Of a stretch of DNA of 64,000 nucleotides, positions 62,397 through 64,000 are shown piece after piece. Each line of letters starts with the position of its first letter. Position 1 is the first letter of the stretch. The translations under genes and the position numbers were made by a program. The notes under the pieces are model-generated. The model did no database searches and was not told where the DNA came from. It worked only from the letters and a program-made list of their open reading frames with translations. Source of the stretch: Gammaproteobacteria bacterium (GTDB lineage Bacteria > Pseudomonadota > Gammaproteobacteria > UBA4575); assembly GCA_965221955.1 (NCBI GenBank), contig CBDCTA010000028.1:32001-96000 (forward strand). Reading direction: 5' to 3'.

Positions 62397-62675
62397 TTAT
62401 GCAAGCTCTAGCCACTCAACTAAATAATAAATATATTGCCCTTCGGAAGATTTTGATGGACCTAAGACTTTTGCAGGGTAACGATTAGCGATTTCATTTG
62501 CAGCAGTTTGCGCCTCTTCTTCGCTTTCCATTATTTCAACACAGTTTGCTGAAAAACGTTTATTGTTTCTCTTTGATGGTCTCTGTTTTTGTTTTCCGCG
62601 TTTAGGTTCATATACTACTGCAAACTGAACCTCAGAGACGCCTCCTTCAGGATCAGGAGGAACTAAACCATACAT
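62397..62675 (-). CDS. conserved-looking hypothetical protein
   Basis: 92 aa; ATG overlaps upstream TAA. Confidence 0.65.
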   Translation of the reverse strand: MYGLVPPDPEGGVSEVQFAVVYEPKRGKQKQRPSKRNNKRFSANCVEIMESEEEAQTAANEIANRYPAKVLGPSKSSEGQYIYYLVEWLELA

Positions 62676-63427
62676 TATTCTTTTAGCTTGATTTGCAATT
62701 TTCCATCTTGAACATTGATATATTCAACTCCTGCCGCAAAAGTTTTCCAAAATCCGCTTTGCAAACCAAACTCTGAGACCAGATCTACATTTTTTAAATT
62801 TCCTAACCAAGCATTTGGTATTGGCACACCCATGATACTCACACCTTTTAAAACCACTATAGGTCTATCTTTTGCAAAAGATAAGCCTAAACCTGCATTC
62901 ACGCGCAAAGTTTTACCACCGAGAATTGGAAAATCTGGATCCATAGGAATTAGCATTTTTGCGCTGGCAAGATTGCTAGATAAATCAATCGCAAGTCGTT
63001 TAGCCAAATCCGTATTATTGGCTAATAATGCATTCAGTTCTTTTTCTGTGAAGTTTATTTCTCGTTTGCTTGGATCTTCCTTATAAGGTTCAGGAGTTAA
63101 TGGTTGATCATTACCCTCCAGCTGTTCATCCACTTTTTCTTGATTACTATCTTTTTTCTTCCCAAAGCTCCATCCGCCCTTCTTTTTAGGCGCATTATTT
63201 ACTTCAGCAGTATCAGACTGAAATCCTAATACAGATAATTTTTCGTTTAATACAACTGCCTCAGACTGAGATAAGGAAACGGGTTTAAATTCTTTTGCAA
63301 ATACGAATTTTTGTAATACAAAATAGGTTCCTACTACTGCCACAAATAAAGTTAGCAGGATAATCAAAAGAACTTGTTTGCCACTAAAGCCTTTTTTTGA
63401 ATTCTCTTGAACAGTTGTCTCATTCAT
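62675..63427 (-). CDS. membrane-anchored hypothetical protein
   Basis: N-terminal TM; GVPIPNAWLGNLK. Confidence 0.7.
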   Translation of the reverse strand: MNETTVQENSKKGFSGKQVLLIILLTLFVAVVGTYFVLQKFVFAKEFKPVSLSQSEAVVLNEKLSVLGFQSDTAEVNNAPKKKGGWSFGKKKDSNQEKVDEQLEGNDQPLTPEPYKEDPSKREINFTEKELNALLANNTDLAKRLAIDLSSNLASAKMLIPMDPDFPILGGKTLRVNAGLGLSFAKDRPIVVLKGVSIMGVPIPNAWLGNLKNVDLVSEFGLQSGFWKTFAAGVEYINVQDGKLQIKLKE

Positions 63428-63447
63428 AATAATTTAAATTCAACTTA

Positions 63448-64000
63448 TTAAAGTTTGCGCCAGCTTGAGGTTCCATCTGGGTGATCTAATACTTGTATAC
63501 CCATTGCAGTTAGTTTATCGCGAATCTCATCTGCTAATTGGAAATTTTTATCTTTTTTAGCTTTGGCCCTTGAATTGATTAGTTTTTCAATCTCAGCTTC
63601 ATCAACATCTCCCATTCCTTTGAACCAATCAGCTGGGTTTTGTTGCAAAATACCTAACATATTGCCTGCTGCTAATAGTTGTTTTTTGACAAGTTTTTTT
63701 GCTTCGGGATCCGTTTCACTATTCGCTTGCTTTGCTAGCTTATGTAATTCAGCAAAAGCAGCCGGTGTATTTAAATCATCCTTAAGCGCATCAATGAATT
63801 CTTCTGGCACATTACTACTAGAAACTTCTACTTGTATATCTTGCAAGTCTTGCAAAGCACCATAAAGTTTATCGAGATTTCTCGATGATTGTTTAATCGC
63901 ATCATTCGTCCAATCCAAGGGGCTTCTATAATGTGTACTTAACAATGTTACGCGAATAGCCTCTCCTGGCGCTTGCTTGAGCAAGTCTTTTACCAGCAAC
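63448..64000 (-). CDS. cysS: cysteine--tRNA ligase (3' part)
   Basis: HYRSPL, DDLNTP, ADEIRDKL...D...GTSSW. Confidence 0.93.
   Translation of the reverse strand, partial: LLVKDLLKQAPGEAIRVTLLSTHYRSPLDWTNDAIKQSSRNLDKLYGALQDLQDIQVEVSSSNVPEEFIDALKDDLNTPAAFAELHKLAKQANSETDPEAKKLVKKQLLAAGNMLGILQQNPADWFKGMGDVDEAEIEKLINSRAKAKKDKNFQLADEIRDKLTAMGIQVLDHPDGTSSWRKL

Noticed and set aside
476-63865. Many 60-140 aa ORFs antisense or out of frame within recognised genes (e.g. 1029-1454, 6261-6530, 8027-8281, 32503-32901, 54032-54412)
   Set aside because: Shadow ORFs of well-supported genes with no motifs or RBS support.
1-64000. tRNA, rRNA, transposase, integrase or prophage genes
   Set aside because: None recognised in the sequence or the ORF track.

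Overview
AT-rich gammaproteobacterial chromosome segment. The backbone is housekeeping: ccmCBA, mfd-csiV, MTI phosphorylase-hpt-mscS-nagZ, zapE-mdh, sdhCDAB-sdhE-ygfX/ygfZ, recJ-prfB-lysS and a partial cysS. A large, interrupted tetrahydromethanopterin/methylofuran C1-transfer cluster spans about 35-62 kb (mptG, mtdB, orfY, mch, orf5, orf7, fae, orf17, orf1, orf9, pabB, orf21, orf20, orf19, mfnB). The most striking unexplained structure is a ~2.5 kb insert between csiV and the MTI phosphorylase gene. It holds four orphan ORFs plus an NtrC/sigma54-controlled cynS, each delimited by one of six 32-bp 13-6-13 imperfect palindromes with an oriented SRGTCR core. The whole block is bounded by ~85-bp inverted repeats and no recombinase gene is in the window, so it is a candidate non-integron gene-cassette system. 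Other leads: a predicted sigma54-dependent sRNA with anti-Shine-Dalgarno motifs; a Zn-finger/LAGLIDADG-like/QueD(HGG) fusion beside fae; an apparent ATT start for orfY; a two-component island with three ATTAC-N6-GTAAT-like boxes; and two related MITE-like elements. All calls are by eye; no database searches were run.
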